A stretch of 64,000 bases of DNA from assembly GCA_028286835.1 (NCBI GenBank), contig JAQBQT010000011.1, forward strand, positions 5,246 through 69,245. Reading direction: 5' to 3'. Position numbers and translations under genes: made by a program. The notes under the pieces were generated by a model. It was not told the DNA's origin. It did not search any database and saw only the letters and a program-made list of their open reading frames with translations. Each line of letters begins with the position of its first letter. Position 1 is the stretch's first letter. The stretch comes from Candidatus Parcubacteria bacterium (GTDB lineage Bacteria > Patescibacteriota > Minisyncoccia > Phycocordibacterales > PALSA-1337). Shown piece by piece: positions 9,174 through 17,687 of the stretch.

Positions 9174-12100
9174 TTATTCGGCGTCAACGATCTTCGGCTT
9201 GCTGATAAGTTCGACATTCAATGCCAATCCGCGGAGGGTCTTCAAAAGGACATTAAAGGATGCTGGCAAATTCGGTGCGCGGAGGCGTTCGCCCTTCACG
9301 ATGGCGTCGAAGGTCTGCGAACGGCCGACAATATCGTCGGACTTCACCGTCAGGATCTCGCGCAGAGTATGCGCTGCACCGTGGCCGAGGAGAGCCCAGA
9401 CTTCCATTTCTCCGAAGCGCTGGCCGCCGCCCTGGGCCTTGCCGCCGAGAGGCTGCTGGGTGATGAGGGAGTAAGGACCGATGGAACGCATGTGGATCTT
9501 GTCTTCGACCATGTGATGAAGCTTGAGGATATACATGTATCCGACGGCTACGACCTGGTCGAAGTGCTCGCCTGTGCGTCCGTCGCGGAGCTTCATCTTG
9601 CCGGAGGCATCGTAGCCTGCCTTGACGAGCTCTTCCTTGATCTCGGCTTCGGTCGCGCCGGTGAACGGCGGAACGATGGCCTGATATCCCAGGGAGTTCG
9701 CTGCGAGACCAAGGTGCAATTCGAGGATCTGGCCGAGGTTCATGCGGCTCGGAACACCGAGTGGCGTGAGGATCACGTCGACTGGCGTGCCGTCTTCCAT
9801 GTACGGCATGTCTTCTTCCGGAAGGATCTTGGAGATGACACCCTTGTTGCCGTGGCGTCCGGCCATCTTGTCACCGACAGAGACATTGCGGACTTCTGCG
9901 ACTTCGATGTAGATCTTCTTGATGATGCCCGATTCGAGCTTGTCGCCGCGCTCGCGTGAGAACACTTTGACTGAAATGACGCGGCCGCGCTTGCCGTTCT
10001 CCATGCGCTTCGATGTGTCTTTGACGTCGCGTGCCTTCTCGCCGAAGATGGAGCGGAGGAGGCGCTCTTCAGGAGTGAGCTGCGTCTCGCCTTTCGGTGA
10101 GATCTTGCCCACGAGGATATCGCCCGGGCGGACTTCTGCGCCGATGCGGACTATGCCCTCTTCCGTGAGATTCTTGAGCTTGGCTTCGCCGACGTTCGGG
10201 ATGTCGCAGGTCGTGACTTCCGGACCCAGCTTGGTGTCGCGGACGTTGACGACGAACTCTTCGATATGGACGGAGCTCCACTTGGAGTTCTTGACGACGC
10301 GCTCCGAAAGGATGATGGCGTCTTCGTAGTTGTTTCCGGACCATGACATGAATGCGATCAGAGCGTTGTGGCCGAGAGCGATCTCGCCGTTGTCTGACGT
10401 TGAAGTGTCAGCGAGAACCTGGCCCTTCTTCACCTTATCGCCGACAGAAACGATCGGGCGCTGATGGAAGGCTGTGAAGCCGTTGGTGCGCTGGAAAAGG
10501 ACGAGATCGTACTCGCGCTTCTTGCCGGACTTCTTGCCGTGGAATGTGATCTTCTTGGCGTCGACGGCTGTGATCTCGCCTTCTTCAGGGGCGACGATGA
10601 TGCGGCCTGTGTCGAGAACGGCTTTGTGCTCCATGCCTGTGGCGACGAACGGAGCTTCCGGAACAAGGCACGGCGTGGCTTGGCGGAGCATGTTCGATCC
10701 CATCAATGCGCGGTTGGCATCGTCATGGTTGAGGAACGGGATGAGGGACGTTGCGATAGAAAAGGCCTGGTTGGTCGCGACGTCGATGAAATCCACGTCG
10801 GTGATCTTGGCGAGAGAAGGCTTGCCGTTGATGCGGACCTCTACTTCGTCGCCTTCGATGGTACCGTCTTCGGCGCGCGCCATGGCGGCATGGGCGATTC
10901 GGAAGTTCTCTTCCTCAAGGGCGTTGAGGTAGACGATCTCCTTCGTGACTTTGCCGTTCTTGACCTTGGCATACGGAGTCTCGATCATGCCGAAATCGTT
11001 GATGCGGGCATATGTGGTGAGGCGGAGCACGAGACCGATGTTCGGACCTTCAGGGGTGTGGATCGGGCAGAGGCGGCCGTAGTGGGACGGGTGAACGTCG
11101 CGGACTTCGAAGCCTGCGCGCTCGCGTGAAAGGCCTCCGGGACCGAGGGCAGTCAGAGTGCGGAGATTCTCGATCTCGCCGAGCGTGTTGGTCTGTTCCA
11201 TGAACTGGGACAGCTGGTTCGTTGAGAAGAATTCCTTGATGCGGGCCTGGAGAGGGCGCGGGTATATGAATGAGACAGGCATGGTGACATCCGGTTCGAT
11301 CGTGGACATCTTGTCCTGGATGTTTCGCTTCATCTGCGAAAGGCCTAGGCGGACACGCTGTTCGAGGAGCTCTCCTACGTAGCGGACGCGGCGGCTTCCG
11401 AGGTGGTCGATGTCATCAGCCTGCATGTCAGGGGTGATATTGAGCATGACGATGTGAATGATCGCGGTCGCAAGATCATCGACGTCGAGCGTGCGGCGTT
11501 CGAGAGCCTTCTCGTCCATGGACTTTCCGAAGCGCTTGTTGAAGCGAAAACGGCCCACGCGCGAGAGGTCGTAGCGGTCCTGGTTGAGGAGGGTCTGTAT
11601 GAATGAGCGGGCGTTGTCCGGAGTGGCCAGATCGCCGTCGCGGAGGCGCTTGTGGATCTCTATGTATGCCTCTTCGGGGGTCTTGGCATGATCCTTGGCG
11701 AGCGTGAGCTCCATGATCTTGCGGGCCTCTTCGTTGCCCTTGAAGAGATCCATGATCTTGGCGTTGGTGTCTGCGCCGGTGATGCGGAGGAGCGATGTGA
11801 CCGGGAACTTGCGCTTCCTGTCGATCCTGCAATAGACGGTGCCGTCGGTGTCGGTCTCGATCTCCATCCAAACGCCGCGGGCCGGAATGATCTTGGCGCC
11901 GAAGTAGTTCTTGCCCTTCGTTTCCGTAGCCGTGAAGAAAATGCCGAATGAGCGGGCGAGCTGAGGGACGATGACGCGCTCGACGCCATTGATGATGAAC
12001 GTGCCGTGATCGGTCATGAGCGGCAGGTCAGCAAGGAACATCTCCTGCTCCTTGACCACATTCAAGGATTTGTTCTTCAGGATGACGCGGATCTTGAGCT

Positions 12101-12365
12101 GACCCTCGTAGTTGAGCTTGTTCTCCTTCGCGTAGTGCTCGCCGAACTTCGGGCGGATGAGCTCGATGCCTCCCATCGAGAGCTCGAACTTCTTCTCGGC
12201 ATAGTCCTTGATCGGAGAGAACTCCTTGAGGAGGTTCGGCAATCCCCTTTCAACGAGATCGGTGAAAGAGAGGAGCTGGGACTCCACGAGATGCGGCATC
12301 TCTGTGAGCGGCTCCTGATATCGTGCGAAATACTTCTTTGGGCGCGGACCTGTTTGGATATGCAT
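9174..12365 (-). CDS. rpoB: DNA-directed RNA polymerase subunit beta (RpoB)
   Basis: 1063 aa. The N-terminus KKYFARYQEPLTEMPHLVESQLLSF matches the beta N-terminus. Rif-cluster-like region. ATG start at 12363-12365. Confidence 0.97.
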   Translation of the reverse strand: MHIQTGPRPKKYFARYQEPLTEMPHLVESQLLSFTDLVERGLPNLLKEFSPIKDYAEKKFELSMGGIELIRPKFGEHYAKENKLNYEGQLKIRVILKNKSLNVVKEQEMFLADLPLMTDHGTFIINGVERVIVPQLARSFGIFFTATETKGKNYFGAKIIPARGVWMEIETDTDGTVYCRIDRKRKFPVTSLLRITGADTNAKIMDLFKGNEEARKIMELTLAKDHAKTPEEAYIEIHKRLRDGDLATPDNARSFIQTLLNQDRYDLSRVGRFRFNKRFGKSMDEKALERRTLDVDDLATAIIHIVMLNITPDMQADDIDHLGSRRVRYVGELLEQRVRLGLSQMKRNIQDKMSTIEPDVTMPVSFIYPRPLQARIKEFFSTNQLSQFMEQTNTLGEIENLRTLTALGPGGLSRERAGFEVRDVHPSHYGRLCPIHTPEGPNIGLVLRLTTYARINDFGMIETPYAKVKNGKVTKEIVYLNALEEENFRIAHAAMARAEDGTIEGDEVEVRINGKPSLAKITDVDFIDVATNQAFSIATSLIPFLNHDDANRALMGSNMLRQATPCLVPEAPFVATGMEHKAVLDTGRIIVAPEEGEITAVDAKKITFHGKKSGKKREYDLVLFQRTNGFTAFHQRPIVSVGDKVKKGQVLADTSTSDNGEIALGHNALIAFMSWSGNNYEDAIILSERVVKNSKWSSVHIEEFVVNVRDTKLGPEVTTCDIPNVGEAKLKNLTEEGIVRIGAEVRPGDILVGKISPKGETQLTPEERLLRSIFGEKARDVKDTSKRMENGKRGRVISVKVFSRERGDKLESGIIKKIYIEVAEVRNVSVGDKMAGRHGNKGVISKILPEEDMPYMEDGTPVDVILTPLGVPSRMNLGQILELHLGLAANSLGYQAIVPPFTGATEAEIKEELVKAGYDASGKMKLRDGRTGEHFDQVVAVGYMYILKLHHMVEDKIHMRSIGPYSLITQQPLGGKAQGGGQRFGEMEVWALLGHGAAHTLREILTVKSDDIVGRSQTFDAIVKGERLRAPNLPASFNVLLKTLRGLALNVELISKPKIVDAE

Positions 12366-12385
12366 GTGGATAAGATTGTGGATAA
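12365..12385 (-). promoter_or_regulatory. two perfect DnaA-box 9-mers (TTATCCACA on the minus strand) in tandem, 3 bp apart, overlapping the rpoB start codon
   Basis: Plus strand reads TGTGGATAA at 12365-12373 and again at 12377-12385. A perfect 9-mer is expected about once per 130 kb per strand, so two in tandem is unlikely by chance. Function is unproven. Confidence 0.3.
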
Positions 12386-12640
12386 CCTGTTTATAAAAAC
12401 GAACCGATCTCTTTCACACTCTTTATTTTTCCCTCTCGATCTCTCAAAACCGCCGACGCAAAAAACGCAAAAGCCGTTCTCCAGGGACGGGAACGGTGCG
12501 GAATTTGAATTACCTCAAATGTTTTGACACTGGTAGGACTAATGATGAACCTTTCTAATCCTTCAACTATAGGCAGAACTCACTCGGTGAAGTTATTGAT
12601 ACCCTAGCAAATAGCCAAAGTTAAGTCAATAGGATAATTC

Positions 12641-13342
12641 CTACTTCCCCTTCTTTCCCTTCAATTTCCACTCATCTATGAGCGCATGGTTCCCCCCGAG
12701 CAGTACTTTCGGCACTTTGTACTTTTTGCCCTTGAATTCAAGGACTTCGGGACGGGTATACACGTCTGAGCTGGCTATGCGGGATTCTTCGATAGAAAGG
12801 TCGTCGCCGAGGACTCCAGGGATGCGTCGCGATACGGTATCGATGACTATCATGGCCGGAAGCTCGCCGCCGGTAAGCGTGTAAGGACCGACCGAAACCG
12901 GCATGGTCTTGAAAGCCTGATTCACGCGGGCATCGATGCCTTCATAGCGTCCGCAGATAAGGACGATGTCGGTAAGGGTCTTGAATGAGTCGGCAGCGGC
13001 ATTCGAGAACTGTTCGCCGGCCGGGCTGAAGAAAAGTATCTTCACTTTCTTGGCCGAAGCCGCCTTAGCAAGCTTCTTGCCCACCGCCTTGTCGATGGCC
13101 TTCAAGATCGGCAGCGCTTCGATGACCATTCCTGGACCGCCTCCATATGGGCGCTTGTCCACGCGGCGATCGGCAAAACTGAGTTTGTCAGCCTTCTTGC
13201 CTTTCGGGACTGCGACAAAATCGCGCGGGTTGTAGCACTTCACCGAAATAAGCCCGCGCTCGCCTGCGCGCCTCACGATGGAAGCATTCAGGTACGATTC
13301 GAGGCTTTCGGGAAAAAGCGTTATGACATGAAACGTGATCAT
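12641..13342 (-). CDS. trmD: tRNA (guanine37-N1)-methyltransferase TrmD
   Basis: MITFHVITLFPE start, SPOUT-knot motifs (GRYEGID, GGELPAMIVID). ATG start. Confidence 0.9.
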   Translation of the reverse strand: MITFHVITLFPESLESYLNASIVRRAGERGLISVKCYNPRDFVAVPKGKKADKLSFADRRVDKRPYGGGPGMVIEALPILKAIDKAVGKKLAKAASAKKVKILFFSPAGEQFSNAAADSFKTLTDIVLICGRYEGIDARVNQAFKTMPVSVGPYTLTGGELPAMIVIDTVSRRIPGVLGDDLSIEESRIASSDVYTRPEVLEFKGKKYKVPKVLLGGNHALIDEWKLKGKKGK

Positions 13343-13359
13343 GCCGCTACTCTAGCATA

Positions 13360-13779
13360 TTACCGGGCGTTGGGAACTTGAGCGGGCTGATGAGCTAAAA
13401 ACTTACGATCGAGCGACAGCATGTCCGCGCCTGCGCAGAATATTGAGAATGTCGCGGCAGCGAGACCGATATCGCGGACTCCGACCGGAGAAATGCCGAT
13501 GGTTGCAGCGATCCCAACAAGATGGAGGGCGAGAAGGAGCGCTGCTATGCGGGTTTGGAAGCCGACGAAAAGAGCGAGACCGAATATAAGCTCGAACCAG
13601 GCATTCAAGAGAACAAGGAGTACGGCATTGCCGCCGAACAAGGCGACCACGCCCTGAGGCACATACCCTGTCCACGCGGAAGGATCAGAGAACTGGCTGA
13701 AGCTGAAGTAAAAGAACACCAGGCTCATGCCGATGCGGACGACAACTGGTGCGTATGCGGTTAGGCGTGATGTATTCAT
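13360..13779 (-). CDS. DoxX family membrane protein
   Basis: 139 aa with four hydrophobic helices. RIGMSLVFFYFSFSQF and FELIFGLALF patterns typical of DoxX. Confidence 0.7.
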   Translation of the reverse strand: MNTSRLTAYAPVVVRIGMSLVFFYFSFSQFSDPSAWTGYVPQGVVALFGGNAVLLVLLNAWFELIFGLALFVGFQTRIAALLLALHLVGIAATIGISPVGVRDIGLAAATFSIFCAGADMLSLDRKFLAHQPAQVPNAR

Positions 13780-13788
13780 GTGTTGGAA

Positions 13789-14253
13789 CTATTTAACCAA
13801 AGCACCGATGTAGAACGTGGCGAGTTCGGACGCAGGACGTCGTTCTCCCCCGTGCTGTCCATTGAAAGCAGACGAGCCGTCTTTGCCACACAGGCTTAGG
13901 ATCGGATTCTGACCTCCCGGATGCTGATTGATCCATGAAGTCACGTCGTAGACCTTGCCGTTGATGGCTGTCCAGCAGCTAGATGCATTCGTGTGCGCTG
14001 AAACATCCGCCATACTGTACGTCTTGCCCTGAGAAACGCCGGTGCCCACTGTCGCTCCTGCGGAAACACCGCTCGTGTCAGCAGTCGTGGCATTCGGATT
14101 GCCCGCATTCGGGTTCAATGTCTCTGAGCCTGCTGAAGTGCCGCCGGTGAATGGCGAAACGCCACCGTTTGAAGCCTGCTTATTTGAAACGACAATGGCG
14201 ATTGCTCCGATAATAAGTACAGCGATGATAGCGAGAGTGATTTTTGTTCTCAT
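13789..14253 (-). CDS. membrane-anchored cytochrome b5-like heme-binding domain protein
   Basis: N-terminal TM helix, a Gly/Thr-rich linker, then WTAINGKVYDVTSWINQHPGG, which matches the cytochrome b5 HPGG heme-binding signature. Confidence 0.6.
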   Translation of the reverse strand: MRTKITLAIIAVLIIGAIAIVVSNKQASNGGVSPFTGGTSAGSETLNPNAGNPNATTADTSGVSAGATVGTGVSQGKTYSMADVSAHTNASSCWTAINGKVYDVTSWINQHPGGQNPILSLCGKDGSSAFNGQHGGERRPASELATFYIGALVK

Positions 14254-14286
14254 GTGTAATTGATGAAATAAAATGAAGTAAACAGG

Positions 14287-14673
14287 CTATTCTAATTTCA
14301 GATCTGCCATGGCTTCGTCCACAGTCTTTGATGCAGATTGGCCTGATGAGCGTGACGGGGCTTCCGATGAGGAAGACTGCGATGAACCTGAGCCCATGTT
14401 GCCCATATTCTCTGGCGAACGGAGGCCGCCGGCAGGTTCGTTGATCTTCAGATTCACGCGCGAGTTGTTCTTCATGCCGACGACGCGGAGAAGGGTACGG
14501 ATGGACTTGGCCGTGTTGCCCTGGCGTCCGATGATCTTGCCCATATCGGCTGCGGAAATATCCAAAGTGAGGAGCACGCCCATCTCGTCGACGGAGCGGA
14601 TGATTTTGACCTCTTCAGGATTGTCTACCAAAGCTTTTATAACGTATTCGAGGAATTGCTGGTCTTGAGGCAT
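14287..14673 (-). CDS. KH-domain RNA-binding protein (YlqC/UPF0109 family)
   Basis: LTLDISAADMGKIIGRQGNTAKSIR carries the KH GxxG loop. The position immediately downstream of rpsP matches the conserved rpsP-KH-(rimM)-trmD neighbourhood. Ser-rich C-terminal tail. Confidence 0.8.
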   Translation of the reverse strand: MPQDQQFLEYVIKALVDNPEEVKIIRSVDEMGVLLTLDISAADMGKIIGRQGNTAKSIRTLLRVVGMKNNSRVNLKINEPAGGLRSPENMGNMGSGSSQSSSSEAPSRSSGQSASKTVDEAMADLKLE

Positions 14674-14771
14674 ATGTGTAGTGCTAGCTTATCTGTTAAA
14701 TCGTACAGACAATATCCTGTACTGCTAAAATTGTAGCAGATACTGAAGGGGCGTCAAAGCCTATAGTAATA

Positions 14772-15125
14772 CTATGCTGTTGCGGCCTGTGGTGCAGGAG
14801 CAGTGGCGGCGGCCGGAGCTGCGGCTGCATCCCCTTCTTTTTTGATAGGAGTCTTCTTTGGGAGAGCGTTGACCTTCTTGCCGGCGATGGCCTTCTGGTG
14901 GACGAGGAAATTATGGAGCGTGACGGAAAGCTGCGCGCCCTGGGATATCCAGCGCTTTATCTCCTCCACTTCGAGCTGATCGAGTGTGTTCTTGCGGCGA
15001 GTATCGTACCAGCCGAGGTTCTTGAGGTATTTGCCGCTCTTAGGGCCGTTCTTTGAGTCGGTCAAAACGACACGAAACGTTGGTTCGTGCTTGCGGCCTA
15101 CGCGTTGGAGCCTGATCATTAGCAT
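14772..15125 (-). CDS. rpsP: 30S ribosomal protein S16 with a C-terminal Ala/Pro-rich extension
   Basis: MLMIRLQRVGRKHEPTFRVVLTDS..YLKNLGWYD is a classic S16 N-terminus. The track ORF extends 43 codons further upstream; the ATG at 15125 is preceded by TGGTAAAGT (an extended -10) 7 nt away, which implies a leaderless mRNA. Confidence 0.85.
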   Translation of the reverse strand: MLMIRLQRVGRKHEPTFRVVLTDSKNGPKSGKYLKNLGWYDTRRKNTLDQLEVEEIKRWISQGAQLSVTLHNFLVHQKAIAGKKVNALPKKTPIKKEGDAAAAPAAATAPAPQAATA

Positions 15126-15164
15126 GCGAAGGACTTTACCAGATTGCGGAATAGAACGCAACAT

Positions 15165-15173
15165 TGGTATACT
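15165..15173 (+). promoter_or_regulatory. extended -10 element (TGGTATACT) 6 nt upstream of the response-regulator ATG (leaderless architecture)
   Basis: seen directly; this is the divergent partner of the rpsP extended -10 about 40 bp away. Confidence 0.45.
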
Positions 15174-15179
15174 GCGGCC

Positions 15180-15872
15180 ATGAAAATATTGATAGTCGAA
15201 GATGATCGGAACATGGCCCAAGTCGTCAAAGACAGCCTGACGGCTTACTCCCATACCGTCGACATTTCAAGCGACGGGGCTGACGGCTCATTCCTCGCAC
15301 GAAGCTACGAATACGACGCGATCGTCCTCGACTACAATCTCCCGAAGAAAGACGGTCTGGCCATCTGCCGCGAGATACGCGCCGCGGGCAAGACCACTCC
15401 GATCATATTCATGTCGGTGACGGATGATCCGACGACTAAGATAGCGGCCCTGCGCCAGGGCGCGGATGATTACATCACCAAGCCTTTTTCCCTTGAAGAA
15501 TTGAGGGCCCGCCTCGATGCGGTCTCACGCCGCTCGCCTGTTATTAAGCAGGCTTCCCTTCGGGTGGGCGATCTGTTCCTCGATTCGAGCATGCACAAGG
15601 CGACGCGCTCAGACTCGACCATCCAGCTCACCCGCAAGGAGTTCCATATGCTCGAATACTTCATGCAGAATGCAGGCACCATCCTTTCGCGCGCCCAGCT
15701 CATGGAGCATATCTGGACCGCAGACGGGAATCCGTTCTCGAATACCGTCGAAGCGCACATACGCAACCTCAGGAAGAAGCTTAACGCCGACGGGGCAGCG
15801 AATCTCATCATCAATGTGCCTGGAAGAGGCTACATCCTCGATAGCCCGGAAAATCTCGCGCGCTTCAAATAG
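15180..15872 (+). CDS. OmpR-family two-component response regulator (receiver + winged-helix domains); no adjacent histidine kinase
   Basis: MKILIVEDD, the D..D..K receiver pattern, and a C-terminal winged helix (LTRKEFHMLEYFMQNAG..VEAHIRNLRKK). The track start at 15144 is TTG; the ATG at 15180 fits the family. Confidence 0.85.
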   Translation: MKILIVEDDRNMAQVVKDSLTAYSHTVDISSDGADGSFLARSYEYDAIVLDYNLPKKDGLAICREIRAAGKTTPIIFMSVTDDPTTKIAALRQGADDYITKPFSLEELRARLDAVSRRSPVIKQASLRVGDLFLDSSMHKATRSDSTIQLTRKEFHMLEYFMQNAGTILSRAQLMEHIWTADGNPFSNTVEAHIRNLRKKLNADGAANLIINVPGRGYILDSPENLARFK

Positions 15873-16145
15873 AAAACGCTCCCAAGCAGGATTGCGATCG
15901 ACATTTTATTATTTTTTGAATCTTTCTTCACGAAGATTTTAACTTTTCTTCACCGGGATTTGATGGCCCGACTGCTACGCTTGGCATGGTTATGTGTCGA
16001 CATAGCCATTATCAATCAAGGTATGATCATTCCCACGGCTTCTTCCTGAGGCGTCGATGTGTTTTCTGCGCTTTTGTCATGACGGCAGCCATGCGAAAGC
16101 AGCCGTGAGCCGTGCGGAATTCATCGCGCGGCTTTCGGCGTTGGC

Positions 16146-16919
16146 TTATTTCTTCTTCCCTTCCTGCTGGACATCGCGAGCCGCCTTGCGGTAGTTGCAA
16201 TAGTCGCAGAGCGATGCCGGCTTCGGAGGAGTCGGCGCTTCCAGGCACTTCCTCATGTCCATAAGTGTCTTCTCCACCCAGGAATCGTCGCCTTTATACG
16301 GAATGATGTCCACGTCGAATTCGAGCTTTGCGTCGAATGCCTTGCGATCCGTCTTACCGTTGCAATAGACGAAATATCCGGTATCGGAGACTTTCAAATC
16401 GTTCTTTCGGAGGAGCCATTGATAGACTTCCATCTGGCGCTTGTATCCGATCTGCCATTCGCTGTCGAGATTGACCTTGGATTCTTTGCTTGTCGCTTTA
16501 TAGTCCACGACGATGAGCTCTCCCTTTCCGTTGATCCACACATCATCGACTCCACCGGTCACATTGAAATTGGTAGGTTCGTGCACGAATGTGACGCCGC
16601 GCTTCAGAGCGTCGCGCCATGCTTCCATCCTGGAATCGGCGTACGGCACGACATCCTTGAGTCCGAATGCCTCCATGAGCGGATGAGCTGATTTTGCGGC
16701 GCGATGGATATCGAACTCCTTCTTGAGGAGCGTATCGACAGCGCTGTTGAGGTTGAACGGGAAGCCTGGCGGACGGGCTACGCCCATCTTGCGATCCAGA
16801 TAGAAGCAGAGCGGGCAGTTCAGGAATAGGTCGATCTTGGAACGGCTTATGCGAAAAGGCTCTGCTCCTTCCGGATCGTAGAGGCCTTTGGTTCTGCGGG
16901 GGTTGTAATAATCAGACAT
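16146..16919 (-). CDS. Cas4/RecB-like PD-(D/E)xK nuclease with a 4-Cys cluster, standalone
   Basis: N-terminal CPLC, core GELIVVDYKATSK (the D-x-K motif), QMEVYQWLL (the QxxxY motif), and C-terminal CDYC. No cas genes or CRISPR array nearby. Confidence 0.65.
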   Translation of the reverse strand: MSDYYNPRRTKGLYDPEGAEPFRISRSKIDLFLNCPLCFYLDRKMGVARPPGFPFNLNSAVDTLLKKEFDIHRAAKSAHPLMEAFGLKDVVPYADSRMEAWRDALKRGVTFVHEPTNFNVTGGVDDVWINGKGELIVVDYKATSKESKVNLDSEWQIGYKRQMEVYQWLLRKNDLKVSDTGYFVYCNGKTDRKAFDAKLEFDVDIIPYKGDDSWVEKTLMDMRKCLEAPTPPKPASLCDYCNYRKAARDVQQEGKKK

Positions 16920-16997
16920 GGAGACATGTTATCACATGGATAAAAAATAGGCGCTTCGATCGAGAAGCACCTATTTTTAGCGACAGCACTATCTATA

Positions 16998-17684
16998 TTA
17001 CTTTGTCGCAACCGTAACGGATGTCATCGTTATCGGAGTGACTGGCTTGTCATTGGCGCCCGTCTCGGTGGCTGCGATAGCGTCTACCACGTCCATTCCT
17101 GAGATAACTCTGCCGAAGATCGTGTAGTTGTGAGGCAAAGCCTGATCCTTATGCATGATGAAGAATTGGCTGCCATTGGTGTTCGGTCCGGCGTTAGCCA
17201 TGGCTACCGTGCCGCGGACATACCCCTCCTTATATGATTGAGTTGCGGCGTTGAGTTCGTCTGCGAACTTATAGCCAGGGCCGCCCGTGCCTGTACCCGT
17301 CGGATCTCCGCCCTGGATCATGAAGCCCGAAATGACGCGATGGAATATCGTGCCGTTATAGAAGCCCTTGTTCGCGAGCGTGATGAAATTCTCAACAGTC
17401 TTCGGAGCATCGGCGTCATATGTCTCGAAGACGATAGTGCCCTTGTTGGTCTTGATGGTGATGGTATGCATGAAATTTTTGACTGATGAAGCATTATTAG
17501 TAGTAGTGGAAGCAGGGGTAGGCGTGACTGTTGCAGGCGAAGCGGAAGTATCAGCAGGCGGCGTCGACGTGGAATACGCGTCTGAAACGACGGAAAGCGG
17601 CGGATGCCTGCGGTCGAGCGAGAACCAGGCGATCCCTATAATGATAATGGCGACGATGATGGTCCAGATATTTTTTGTTCTCAT
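16998..17684 (-). CDS. peptidyl-prolyl cis-trans isomerase, cyclophilin type, membrane-anchored
   Basis: [32 protein letters not shown], and [17 protein letters not shown]-terminal TM helix and a T/P/A-rich linker. Confidence 0.85.
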   Translation of the reverse strand: MRTKNIWTIIVAIIIIGIAWFSLDRRHPPLSVVSDAYSTSTPPADTSASPATVTPTPASTTTNNASSVKNFMHTITIKTNKGTIVFETYDADAPKTVENFITLANKGFYNGTIFHRVISGFMIQGGDPTGTGTGGPGYKFADELNAATQSYKEGYVRGTVAMANAGPNTNGSQFFIMHKDQALPHNYTIFGRVISGMDVVDAIAATETGANDKPVTPITMTSVTVATK

Positions 17685-17687
17685 AGA

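Noticed and set aside
16027-16248. 73-aa ORF in the RR/nuclease convergent spacer
   Set aside because: It overlaps the 3' end of the nuclease gene and is Arg-rich and low-complexity. It is likely spurious. The direct repeats in the spacer are reported separately.
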